Shown here piece by piece: positions 35,958 through 48,577 of a stretch of 64,000 bases of DNA. Every line of letters begins with the position of its first letter. The stretch's first letter is position 1. Source of the stretch: Octopus sinensis. Its lineage: Eukaryota. The position numbers and the translations under genes were made by a program. Under the pieces are notes generated by a model. That model had not been told where the DNA came from, did no database searches, and worked only from the letters and a program-made list of their open reading frames with translations. The stretch lies in NCBI RefSeq assembly GCF_006345805.1, contig NC_043001.1, positions 34,100,001-34,164,000 of the forward strand. Direction: 5' to 3'.

Positions 35958-37099
35958 GTATGTATGTATGTATATCTATGTGTGTGTGTCATTGTGTCTG
36001 AGTCTGTATCACCATCACCGCTTGACAACCGGTGTTAATGTGTTTATGCAAAGGAGATCAATAGAATAAATACTAGGTTTAAAAAAGTAAGTCCTGGGGT
36101 CGACTTTTTTGACTAAAACCCTTCAAAACAGTGCTCCAGCATGGCTGCAGTCAAATGACTGAAACAAGTAAAAGAAAAAAAAAAATAGAAGAATGCACCA
36201 GAGAGAATAGCTGTTGTTGCCTAGCTTCATACTGTTAAAGACAAATGATTAAAAGCAATCCAGTCGCGACCATCCCACCTTTTACTACTCCATAAGGTAT
36301 TTTAATCTACATCAATTTGACTTTTTAAAGACAATAACGTGTCGTTTGAAGGAGATTTGACTGCTATGTCTAGCAGGTAAAATAACCACGTAGAGGCTAC
36401 GTCAATGGCTCCGTTCCAGAACCATGTCTTACACAGTCGTAATCAGCAGTAACACTATAACATTTTTATTTGTTGTATTTGTTATCATTGTTATGGTGAG
36501 TTCCTTCTGTGATTTGTGTCTTGAAAGAAGCGCTTATAATACAAAATCTGAATACCATTTCTATCGCAACCCAGTCAAAAGAAGTCGAAAATGAAAACTT
36601 CAATGCGAGAGAATCGGAAGTGTTTTTATGAAGAAATTGTTTTTCTTTATATTAAAAAAACAGTCGAAAGTAAATAATTTTTGTTGGTAATTTCTTATGC
36701 TCATGCGTGGGTCGAACGGACAAACAGTTTCGGTGACTCTTTTACTATTTTACTTGCTTCAGTCATTTGACTGTGGCCATGCTGTCGCACCGGATTTAGT
36801 CGAGCAAATTGCCCCCAGGTCTTATTCTTTGCAAGCCTAGTACTTATTCTATCGTTCTCTTTTGTCGAACCGCTAAGTTTCGGGGACGTAAACACACCAG
36901 CATCGGTTGTCAAGCGATGTTGGGAGGACAAACACAGACACACAAACACATAACACATATCCATATATATATATATATATGCATATATACGACGGGCTTC
37001 TTTCAGTTTCCGTCTACCGAATCTATAAAACTCCGTCTTCCAAATCTATAAAACTCCGAGTACTTTTACATACAGGAGACCAAAAGTATACGTACGCCG

Positions 37100-37300
37100 C
37101 TATATGCATATATAAAAATTCAAAATAAAAAATGGTACAAGAACGTAACAAAATATTCGGACAGTTAGACGATACAAAAAAGGACAGGAAAAAACAAGGA
37201 CGGATCATTCGGAGCTTTCAATCATCAGTCGAGAAGCAGGTTGACTTTGCAGTTTCGGCCGGTTACTCACGAGACTGCTATAATCTGGCCGGCCCCAAGG
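37100..37300 (-). mobile_element. Short repeat family shared with 55740-56000 (PLE terminal-repeat-like)
   Basis: Both contain ACAAGAACG..AAAA...GACGATACAAA...AACAAGGACG..TCATTCGGAG...TTTCGGC.GGTT...AATCTGGCC.GCCCCAAGGAAA. Confidence 0.6.
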
Positions 37301-38114
37301 AAATATACAAGACGAGATTCTTTCAGTTTCCGCCTACCAAATTCACTCACAAAGCTTTGGTTGGCCCGAGGTTATAGTAGAAGACACTTGCCCAAGGTGC
37401 CACGCAGTGGCACTGAATCTGGAACCATGTGGTTCGTAAGCAAGCTACTTACCACACAGCCACTCCTACACCCTTGAATGGATATATTTTTAGAAACATC
37501 CTGTTTACGACTATTAATCAAATGGTTGGAATATTTCAGGCTGAAATTACATAAAAATTAACGAAAATCCCCTAGAATTTATATGTTCTATTATTCTATT
37601 ATCGGTTTCGACCAGGGGTCGTGGTCATGCTGGGGTTGAACAAATTTTTAAATAAATTAATTACAAAGAAGTTGAAAAATAATGCCAGCACTCCTTTGGT
37701 ATATTGAATACTTATTGTGCAAGGGGTGGAGGGAATAATGTTGTTAAAGATTAAAAGGCGGGTCCGTTTCCAGTACTGCTCTACAAGGGTTTCTCGATCT
37801 CTTAACAGCATCTGCAGATATTTATGAAGGCGAGCAGATGTGATCTTCTGAGAGCAACGCCTTTCTGTAGTTATTTGTCCAACAGAAAGCACCGTCTTTA
37901 TACATTTTATGTTTACATTTGTATTTTGAAAAGAGTATATACATACATAAATGCGTACATACACACACATATACATACATACATATGCACCCCAACCCCC
38001 TCCCACAAAGTAATGGTTGTTATAACCGTTACTTTTCAGAAGAGTTACAACTTACTACATCTCTTATAGTGAGTTTAGATCTGGCAACTTAACTGATATA
38101 TATATACATACATG

Positions 38115-38146
<32 letters not shown>

Positions 38147-38215
38147 CATATATATATGTATGTATATATTTATATGTATGTATATATATATATGTATATA
38201 TACATATATATACCC

Positions 38216-38229
<14 letters not shown>

Positions 38230-38247
<18 letters not shown>

Positions 38248-40860
38248 TATATATAGTAAAAAACAAGTCAAAAATAGAAATGCTAAGATGATTTTATAGT
38301 GAATCTTTCAGTACCGGTTTCGGTCATTTTGAGACCTTTTCAACTGTAACGATTAAATAATTAAATTTTGAAAATTTAGAAAAATTAGAAGAAAGGTTTT
38401 TTTTAAAGGAATACTTCCATAGTAGTGTTCAGATATATGTGGCATTCTGCTTGTCTCTGACTCCCTTGTTTGCAACTTGTGTATTCGAGGTATCGTTGTG
38501 AGTTCTTGAGGGGGTGGGAGTGGGAAAAATGGGCTGGTCAGTGGCGACCGGCAGTCGCTGCGTAGGCGTTATACTTAAAGACATTAGTGGGGGTAGATAA
38601 AGGTGAGAGAAGTAGAAGAAAGAAGAAGGAGAAGATGTCGGTGTGCCGATGATGATGACGATGAAGAAGAAGAAGAAGAGGGAGAAGAAGAGAAAAAAAC
38701 AGAGAGGAGGGGAGAGAGATATGAATGGGTTGAAGATATAGCTGTTTTGGGCGATTAGTAATGGATTCTATGGAATGTAATATTTGTGTGGTATATATAT
38801 TTCTTTTATTCTTAAGTTGAGCTATATTAATTGTTTGTCGTAGACCCGTTAAGAAGTGGCCTGTATTTTATAAAGAGATTTTCTTTACTTATTCGTTGTC
38901 TCGAGGTTGTATCGTCCCTAAATTGGTAGAGGGGGAAAATTCTGAAGTTTGGTTTTTTTTGTTGGCGCAAGTATCGATGTGTTGGCTAAAAGCTATTTTT
39001 CTGTTTGGGGAATTTTTATATGGGATCTGTGCAGGGCCATTCGTTTACGCAAACCATTTTTGTTTGGCCTATGTACTGCTCTTGACACCCGGAGCAGGTT
39101 AGTGAGTATATTAGGTTCTCCGAAGCACATGTGAAGTTGCTTTTCACTGTAAACCGTTGTCCCTTTTGAAGGAGAACTCAGAACCCTCGATTAGATAGTC
39201 GCATATCCCGCAATTGGGTCTTCCACATTTTTTACTGTCGGCTTCTGTGTTGAAGAGTGAATTCGGGCTTGTGTTAGAAGACTTTCATGGATCTAGGCTG
39301 TCTTTTGCTTTTTATGATCGTGTGTGTTTGGAGGATTGTGTTCATTCTGTGATCTTTTTTAGGAGGGGTATGATGTGGAGGATGGTGCCGAAGGCTTCGT
39401 ATTGAGAGGGTTGGTGTGTGGAGATGTATGGTAAGGCTTTTGGTTGTAAGTTTTTCTTTGATTTGGGATGTCTCAGTTCCTTGATGTTAAGTTGAAGGGC
39501 ACGTTGAATGCACTTGTCAATAAGTGAAGGTGGATAGTTCCTGGGTGATAAGGGTATCTTTTAGTTCTTGTAGTCGTGTGTCTCTGGTGTTTGCGTTAGA
39601 GACTATAGTGCATATCCTTTTTGCTAGATTGAAGGGATATTCATCCTGGTGTGTCTGGGTGGCATGAATGAATGGAAGATATTGCTTAGAGTCTGTAGGT
39701 TTATAGTATATGTCTGTTTCTATTATATTATTAGCTTTCTAATGAGGATATCGAGGAAGGGAAGTTGTTGCTGGCTATATTCCATCGTGAATTGGATGTT
39801 TACGTCCAGCCCGTTTAAAATTTCCTGGAATTCTATGAGTTTTTCTATATTTTTATGCCAAAGAATGAAACAGTCATCTAGATATCTCTTCCAGTGTTTT
39901 TCTATGTAGATGGAGAAAGGGCTGCCATATCTTTCTAGAACCTTACGATATAGACTGATCTCTAGGTATCCTATGACTAGGTTGGCAAAGGAGGGGGCCA
40001 TTCGTGTACCCATCGCAGTCCCCGATTTTTGTCGGTAGAAGTTGTCATTGAAGGCGAAGAAGTTATTTTCCAGGATGAATTTAACCTCTTCTATCACGAA
40101 TTCTTTTTTGATGCGGTTGTGTGGTGTGGTTCGTTGGCGTGATTCTCTAGCCAGAATTGGATTGCCTCTAGTCCTAGGTTGTGGGGGATATTGGAGTAGT
40201 AGAGGTGACTACATCGAAGGATACCAGTATGGTGTTTGGTTTATAGTATTCGGTAGGTGATTGAGCATATCTAAGTCGTCCCTTATATAGCTTTTGACAT
40301 GTTTGAGGAGTGGTTTAACAGGGTGTCTAAAAAGTTACTGAGGCGGTGGGTTTCGCATGCGGGACCTGCTATTATGGGTCTCAATTTGAGGTCATTAGGA
40401 TTAGGGACTTTAATTATTTTGTCTGTGGCTATCTTGCATGCGTTGCTTATTTTTTCACTTTTGTGGATCTTAGGTATACCGTAGAATTGGCTAGTTTTAC
40501 TTGTGAAATTGGTCATATAATCATATTCTTTGTCGGTGAGCCCTGCTTTGTATGGGTTAAATATGGATTTTAGTTCCCTCATATTTTTTGTTGACTGTAG
40601 TTTTGTGCCTTTTCATAGTATGTTGTGTCTTCCAGCATAGAAAGAACCAAAGTTATGTAAAAGTCGTATCCATTAAGACAACAGCACTCCCTTTATCGGC
40701 CTCTTTGATTGTTATTGTTTTATCTTGTTTTAATTTGTTCAACTCAGCCCATTCTTTTTTGCTGAAGTTTGGTTTGTGTTTTTTTTGTGCATATGTTGAT
40801 ATGGGTAATTAGATATGTGGTCACAGAAATCATCAAGGTTTTGTTCTTACCTTTCGAGGG
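38230..40860 (-). mobile_element. Degenerate Penelope-like retroelement (RT + GIY-YIG endonuclease, Neptune-type Cys linker)
   Basis: IKEADKGSAVV; FYGIPKIHK...LRPII; GTAMGTRMAPSFANL; RYLDD; LPFLD; CGRPNCGIC; NFTCASENLIYSLTCSGCQEQYIGQTKNGLRKRMALH; frameshifted. Confidence 0.9.
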
Positions 40861-40912
40861 GGTGTAGTTACTCCTATATATATATTATATATATATATAT
40901 ATATATAATATA

Positions 40913-40943
<31 letters not shown>

Positions 40944-41581
40944 ACGTATATATGTATATATATGTATGTATATATATAAGCATATTCATACAGATACGTA
41001 AATATTCCTGTATATATCTATTTGTATGTGTGTGTATACACACACACACATACATACACATACAAACACACACATACACACACACACACACAACATAAAT
41101 ATTGGTACATGTTTCTGTATATATATCTATCTATATCTGTGTATTTGTATATATGTGTGTGTGTAAGCACACACACACACACACACATATCACGCACGTT
41201 CGCTCTTACACATACACATGTTCTATCCTCCTTTCGGTTTTGTATAGAAATGTTTCATAACAAGTTTTTTTCATCTTTTCCCGAAAGCTTTTACTTCTAT
41301 TCACGCAAAATTACCAACGCTCTTTTCTGTGCATGTAAAACTGAACCTCTTGCAAAAAATTTCCAGTGAATTATTACAGCAGTCATATCATACCCACACA
41401 TTTAAAAAAATTCATTTCCAGCTGACTGTCAACATTCTGCAATAATGAGCTACAGTCTCATCTGATCCATCGAACAATCAACACTCTGGGTGGGCATACC
41501 TGCTGTCATGACCCCTTTACTTTTAAGGTCTTTCTTTAATCCCTTTTTTTCTTTAACCTAAGCCAACATTCCCTTGTTACC

Positions 41582-41681
41582 NNNNNNNNNNNNNNNNNNN
41601 NNNNNNNNNNNNNNNNNNNNNNNNNNNNNNNNNNNNNNNNNNNNNNNNNNNNNNNNNNNNNNNNNNNNNNNNNNNNNNNNN
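41582..41681. other. Assembly gap (100 N)
   Basis: Direct reading. Confidence 1.
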
Positions 41682-42435
41682 AAGACCAGCAGTCACTATT
41701 CATACCAGCCTCCCCTCTCCATGCCACCCATGTTATCAAAGGGAAAAGCAAAGGCCGACATAGCTTGGCACCAGTGACGTCGAAACTCATTTCTACGGCT
41801 GAGTGAACTGGAGCAGCGTGAAATACAGTGTCTTGCTTAAGAACACAACACACAGCTCGCTCCAGGAATCGAACTCACAACCTGACGATTGTAAGCCTGG
41901 TACCCTAACCACTGAACCGTGTTCCTTCACGTTGATACAAGGAAGTATTGATAATGTGCACTGCGAAAAATTAGCTTTTTTTATTAAAATATTCTACATT
42001 TTGTTTCTTCTGACAAAATATGAGAGAGAACCATTTGCAAAACTCCATCAGCGAAAGAGGCTGGTGAGTTAGAATAGACTTGGAAGCACTGTTCTGGTTT
42101 CAAATGGTACCGAGAAGAGCTGAAGGGAACTTTCTACACAGTGTTTAAATTAACAGTGTTAAGAGGTCGAATTAATTAGCAATTCTGCTTGTTACAAATT
42201 CATAGCTTTAACAACAATCGAGGAGTCCTTTTTCTCTCCGGTTACTCGAAAGGCTAGAAAAAAAAACAACGCCCCCCCCCCAAAAAAGTACCCAAATTCC
42301 CATCAAATCCTGCATCGCATTCTTTGAAAAAAGGATGGACACACTGGAAAATATAATCATGGATATCGTATAGATGAGATGGTCATAGTTGGAACACCTT
42401 GATGATAGACTTACTCAATCGGGGTAACTGGTGGC

Positions 42436-42478
<43 letters not shown>

Positions 42479-43374
42479 ACACCAACAACAGTGGAGGCGC
42501 AATGGCCCAGTGGTTAGAGTAGCAGACTTGCGGTCTTAAAAACGCAGTTTCGATTCCTAGACTGGGTATTGTGAGTGTTTATTGAGCAAAAACACCTAAG
42601 CTCCACGAGGCTCCGGCGTACTCTTTCCCCACAACTTTCTCTCACTCTTTCTTCCTACTTCTGTCACAAAGCAGCGGAACCATGGTGTAACCCACTATGG
42701 TGTGGTAACTTTCAGACTCTCGTCTAGATTTCGATTCCTCTGTACCACCAGGATGGTTCAGCTCCCACCCGTTAAAAGCCACCGTTTACGGAATAAGGAT
42801 AATGACGTAGCTTTAGCACCCGTGCAACCGCCAGTCTATCGCGTGTGGTGGGTGGATCTTCAAGTTGCCACATGCATTCTTAGTAGCTTAGAATATGCTT
42901 GAATTAATGATTATTCTTTGTGGCTAATGGCGTGAGTCCTGATTGGAAGAAGAAGAAGAAGAAGAACAACAACAACAACAGCAGTAACAATATCAACGTC
43001 AACGACAATAACAACAAAAACAGCTACAACAAAGACAAAATTAGTGAAATGATCGAAGCGCCTTAGGGAGTTCTGCAAATGTCCAACAATATTCGATATC
43101 ACGGCCCTGTACATCCTGCTTTTAAGTGAAGGTGGAACGAACTTGCCTTTCATCATTTCACGGTTGATAAAATAAATACCACACAAGTAGTTTCAAGCGA
43201 TTATGCGGCTCCCTTACAAATATTTGATCTTCTGCCAGGGTAGAAATCATTATTTACATATACAAGGTGCTGTGAAAGTATTTCAAGCAATACAGTTTTC
43301 AACAAAGCATGCATATATAAATAGACATCTACGCGCGCAAGGCACAGATATACACGTATAGATGTGTGGATGTA

Positions 43375-43500
43375 TACATACATACATACATACATACATA
43401 CATACATACATACATACATACATACATACATACATACATACATGCATGCATGCATGCATATACATACATACATACATACATACATACATACATACATAAA

Positions 43501-43532
<32 letters not shown>

Positions 43533-44255
43533 CACTCATACGCACACACACGCACACACTTACAAACATCATATAGATATACACATATACACATGTACAC
43601 ATACAAATATGTGGGTTGCCTATATATGTAACATACATACATACATACATACATACACACATACATGCACACACACTTATACACGCTCACTCACTCGCTC
43701 ACACACACACACACACACACATACACAGAGAAACACACAATTTGTTACATATATAGGTAACCCACATATATTTGTATGTGTACATATGTATATGTGTATA
43801 TATATATATGTATGTTTGTAAGTGTATGTGCTCGCATGTGTGTGCGTGTGAGTGTGTATGTATGTATGTATGTATGTATGTATGTATGTATGTATGTATG
43901 TATGCATATACGTATGTATGTATGTATGTATGTAAGTATGTATGTATGTATGTATGCATGCATGTATGTATGTATGTATGTATGTATGTATGCATGCATG
44001 CATGTATGTATGTAGTATGTATGTATGTATGTATGTATGTATGTTTGTATGTATGTATGTATGCATGTATGTTTGTATGCATGTATGTATGTTTGTATGT
44101 ATGTGTGTATGTACGTATGTATGTGAATGATGTATGTATGTATGTATGTATGTATGTATGTATGTATGTATGTATGTATGTATGTATGTTTGTATGTAGT
44201 ATGTATGCATGTATGTATGTATGTATGTATGTATGTATGTATGTATGTATGTGTG
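43375..44255. repeat. (CATA)n and (TATG)n blocks arranged as an inverted duplication
   Basis: Unique anchor TACAAATATGTGGGTTGCCTATATATGTAACA at 43601 recurs reverse-complemented at 43743-43776. Confidence 0.85.
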
Positions 44256-45249
44256 GTGCGTGCGTGTACGCAAATATGTCTAGATAAAACTGAAGAGATG
44301 GCCATGCGTCTGATTACTGCGTTTGATGTCAAGATTTTTTTCTGAAACTCTGATGCGTTTCTCAATATTTGATGATAGATAAAAAGTAAGTGTTAAATTG
44401 ATGTTGTAGCCAGACACACATCTTACTCTTACTATACACAGATTCATTGGTGAGGAAACTTCGTTAAAAGTTAGACATCTCCATAAATGTTTAAGGAGCA
44501 TTTAGAAAGATTCTCATTAGTTATTCGCAAAATAGACATAAATTTTTCTAGTTTTCGACTAGCATATAATACACCCTTTAACTATTTTCCCTCCGTGTTA
44601 GTCATAGGACTGTAGCCACGCTGGAGCACTGCCTTGTAGGGTTTAGTCGAAGAAATCAGCACCAGTACTATTTTTACTATTTTTCAAAGTCTGTTAGTTA
44701 TTCAGTTGGTCTCGTTTGCCGAACGGCCAAGTTAGAGTGGCATAAACGAACCAGAACTGGTCGACAAACGATGTGGGTGGGCACAAACACAAATACACAC
44801 ACAGAGGAGTGGCTGTGTGGTAAGTAGCTTGCTTACCAACCACATGGTTCCGGGTTCAGTCCCACTGCGTGGCACCTTGGGTAAGTGTTTTCTACTATAG
44901 CCTCAGGCCGACCAAAGCCTTGTGAGTGGATTTGGTAGATGGAAACTGAAGGAAGCCCGTCGTATATATGTATGTGTGTGTATATGTCTGTGTGTCTGTG
45001 TTTGTCCCTCCAACATCGCTTGATAACCGATGCTGGTGTGTTTACGTCCCCGTAACTTAGCGGTTCGGCAAAAAGAGACCGATAGAATAAGTACTAGGCT
45101 TACAAAGAATAAGTCCTGGGGTCGATTTGTTTTCGCTCAATAAACACACACAACACCCGGTCTTGGAATCGAAACCGCGATCCTCCGACCGCGAGTCCGC
45201 TGTCCTACCCACTGGGCCATTGCACCTCCACTGTAATCTCCAAAGGTTA

Positions 45250-46400
45250 TGAGAATTACATCTTATTTCAATTTACTGGGGGATATAACAAGAGCAGGAC
45301 GTAGTGGAGTGGGGTTAATGGGATGGTCTATATCACAGGGGTGAAAAGTTAAAAGCTAACGGCTATGTAATAGGGTATCATAGAATTAACAAGGTTAACT
45401 TAATGTGAACTTATTTGGGGAAATCAATATATAACCATATCAGTGAAGAAATAATTTAGGTAAAAATTAAGTGCGCTGTTATTACTTATTAACAAAACAA
45501 AACTTGTCCTAATACTCCTATGGTGAGTAGGGTGAGGCCAAAGTTAATCCTATAACTTAATTGGTCTGCTAATATTTGAAAACAATGGCGTTATTCAGGT
45601 CCGTTAAATCTATCAATAAAATACCAAACAAAGAAGAGAAAATAAAAGAAAATATTTGAGGATCCCGTACAACAGGATAGACTTTGTAATTGTAGAAATA
45701 GTAACAATTATGTCTTTACTAATAATTGCAAAAAAGAAATAGTTTACCAATATGTAGTAAATACTCAATCGAGTAATAAGGTATACGTGGGGACCACCCA
45801 AAATCATATGAAACGTACACTGAATTACCATCTGTATATATCTTCAGAAACAGAAATAGGGGGAATTCCATTGGTTTAAGTAATTATATATGGGACCTTA
45901 AAGTTAAGAATATTAGTTATGAACTTCATTGGAAAATTTTAGCCTCAGCGCCTGCGTATGTTTCAAAGAATCTATAAGATGTAATCTTATGGATTTACCA
46001 GAAGATGTAATCCCATAGCTTATGGATGTCACCTTGGAATTGACGTTTTTACCATTCCTTACTATTTCTATTATTTTATTTTATTTTATTTTATTATTTT
46101 ATTTCACTTCCTTACATGTTAGATTCCTAACATTATGGTCTCTCTGATGAAGCTTTGGGGCTCAATCATTCTCCAACTCTTGTCCAATGTTTGTTCAACC
46201 TTTGTACAATTCTTGTATATTACTGGTATGATATGGAAAACTTAGCAGATTGGACAACCCCATAGTAGAAACAGGTGTAAGTTTAGTATTTTTTTACTAA
46301 TTTATTCATATTCCTTTATTTTTATTTATTTATTTACTTGTTTATTTTCTTATTTCATTTGTTTATTTTTATTAGTTCTACATATGATTGTAATCAATTA
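45250..46400 (+). mobile_element. 3' remnant of a second Penelope-like clade (GIY-YIG + terminal repeat)
   Basis: From 45673: QDRLCNCRNSNNYVFTNNCKKEIVYQYVVNTQSSNKVYVGTTQNHMKRTLNYH, then GLSNYIWDLK..YELHWKILASAPAY; hammerhead-like motif at 46141-46281. Confidence 0.7.
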
Positions 46401-47129
46401 ATAAATACATCTAAATGAATGTCTACAGGCTGATGTTTGTCGATTGGTTATCCTCTCCATTTTCTTATTTGCATTATATACATACATACATACATATACA
46501 TATATATATATATATTCTTATATACATACATACATACATACATACCTACATACATACATACATGCACACACACACACACACATATATAAATATATACACA
46601 CATATATAAATATACACACACATGCATACATATATAAATATACACACACATACATACATATATAAATATATATGTGTGTTCGATTTTACATCGTGTTGTA
46701 ATAAAAACAATTTAACATTAAACTGAAGAATTACTCAATACTCTTTGTCATCTGTAGTGTATATATATATGTGTGTGTGTATGTGTGTGTGTATGTGGGC
46801 GCGCGCGTCCATACATATCTCTTGTGATGGAATGCAAAAGTACACACCCGTTTGTTCCTCTTAAGATGCCACACTCTCCTAATTTCTCCCTCTCTTTCCG
46901 CACACATAAATACACACCCATATATCTAATAATATCCTGGTGCGCGTAGACGGGTGTGTGCATCAACATTCCATTGATCCATTGTTTATTATTATACCTG
47001 GGATAAGATCTATTGGCATTGTCATAACGTGTTTGCTAGTTAGGTTATCTATTCAAAATTCTGATTGTCTGTTCAGTTGTGCCTGATTCCCAATATATCT
47101 GCTCTTCTATCGCATTATTGTATATATGG

Positions 47130-47640
47130 CAAAGGCAGCGAGCTAGCAGAAACGCTACGTTCTGAGTTCAAATTCCTCCGAGGTCGACTTTGCCTTTCAT
47201 CTTTTCGGGGTCGATAAATTAAGTATCAGTTACACAATGGGGTCGATGTAATCGACTTAATCCGTCTGTCTGTCCTTGCTTGTCTCCTCTATGTTTAGCC
47301 CCTTGTAGGTAATAAAGAAATAGGTATTTCGTCTGCCGCAACGTTCTGAGTTCAAATTCCGCCGAGGTTGACTTTGCCTTTCATCCTTTCGGGGTCGATA
47401 AATTAAGTACCAGTTACGCACTGGGGTCGATGTAATCGACTTAATCCGTTTGTCTGTCCTTGTTTGTCTCCTCTGTGTTTAGCCCCTTGTGGGTGGTAAA
47501 GAAATAGGTATTTCGCCCGTCGCTAAGTTCTGAGTTCAAATTCTGCCGAGGTCAACTTTGACCTTCATCCTTTCGTGGTTGGTGAAATAAGTGCCAGTTG
47601 AGCACTGGGATCGATGTAATCGACTTAACTCCCCCAAAAT
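47130..47640 (+). repeat. SINE D with three 184-bp tandem units
   Basis: GTTCTGAGTTCAAATT at 47159, 47343, 47527. Confidence 0.85.
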
Positions 47641-48577
47641 GTCTGGCCTTGCGCCTACAGTAGAAAGGATTATTGTATATATGTCGAGGTTTCTGTATAA
47701 AATGTGGCGAACCTTTTAGCATCAGGGTCGAATTGCATGTACATAGTCGAGAAAAATTATGAATTTCTAATTTTATGTGGTCGGAGTGTCGGGCTTACAA
47801 TCATGAGGTAGTGAGTTCTATTCCCGGACCTGGCTGTGTGTTGTGTTCTTGAGCACGAGACATTATTACGCATTACTCCAGTTCACTTTGCTGTTGAAAT
47901 GATTTGCGATGTCGCTGGTGCCAAGCTGTATCGGCCTTTGCCTTTCCCTTTGATGACATCGGTGGCGTGGAGAGAAGAGGCTGGCATGCATAGACGACTG
48001 CTGGTCTTCCATAAACAACCTTACCCGGACTTGTGCCTTGGAGGGGTGCAATCCCATGGACATTCATGACCGAAAAAGATCTTTACTAGGCATGCAACTG
48101 CTATTTAAACGGAGTGTTACCCGCCATGAAACAAGTTAATTTCAGAATATCCGGGTAATATAACGTAATGTTAGATAAGAACAATGATTGTAATTTTAAC
48201 GTTTTCCCAATTTCATGGTGTTAAAATTAAATAATAAAACGAATACTAATTAAAAATGTTTTAAATTTAAATAATTCATTTAAACAAATTTTTCATTTGC
48301 TTAGTTGCAATAAATATATATTATCAATAATAATATTACTGTTTAACTATGAAATAATTAAAGATGTGATATATTGACTTATTTCATATAAGCTAGTGTG
48401 GCATTTTGGCGAAATCAATCAAGTATTAATTGAGTATTATTAGCTTTGGTGATTACCGCTTTTGCCTTAGGGGTTAAACCACTTTCTTTTTGCAAATGGA
48501 ATTTTAAAGACATCATCAAGTCACGTTTTGAAATTTGAATGCAGGCGAGTTTTAGTCCACAGGTGAGAAGTTCCAAC

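Noticed and set aside
44288-44360. CTGAAGA...GAAAC (similarly 52362, 54253, 56491)
   Set aside because: No stem I or stem II complementarity; chance core matches
43201-44365. Long YIHT/CMYV-repeat ORFs (also 1027-1570, 13865-14283, 63080-63489)
   Set aside because: Translations of tetra- and dinucleotide repeats that lack stop codons by composition
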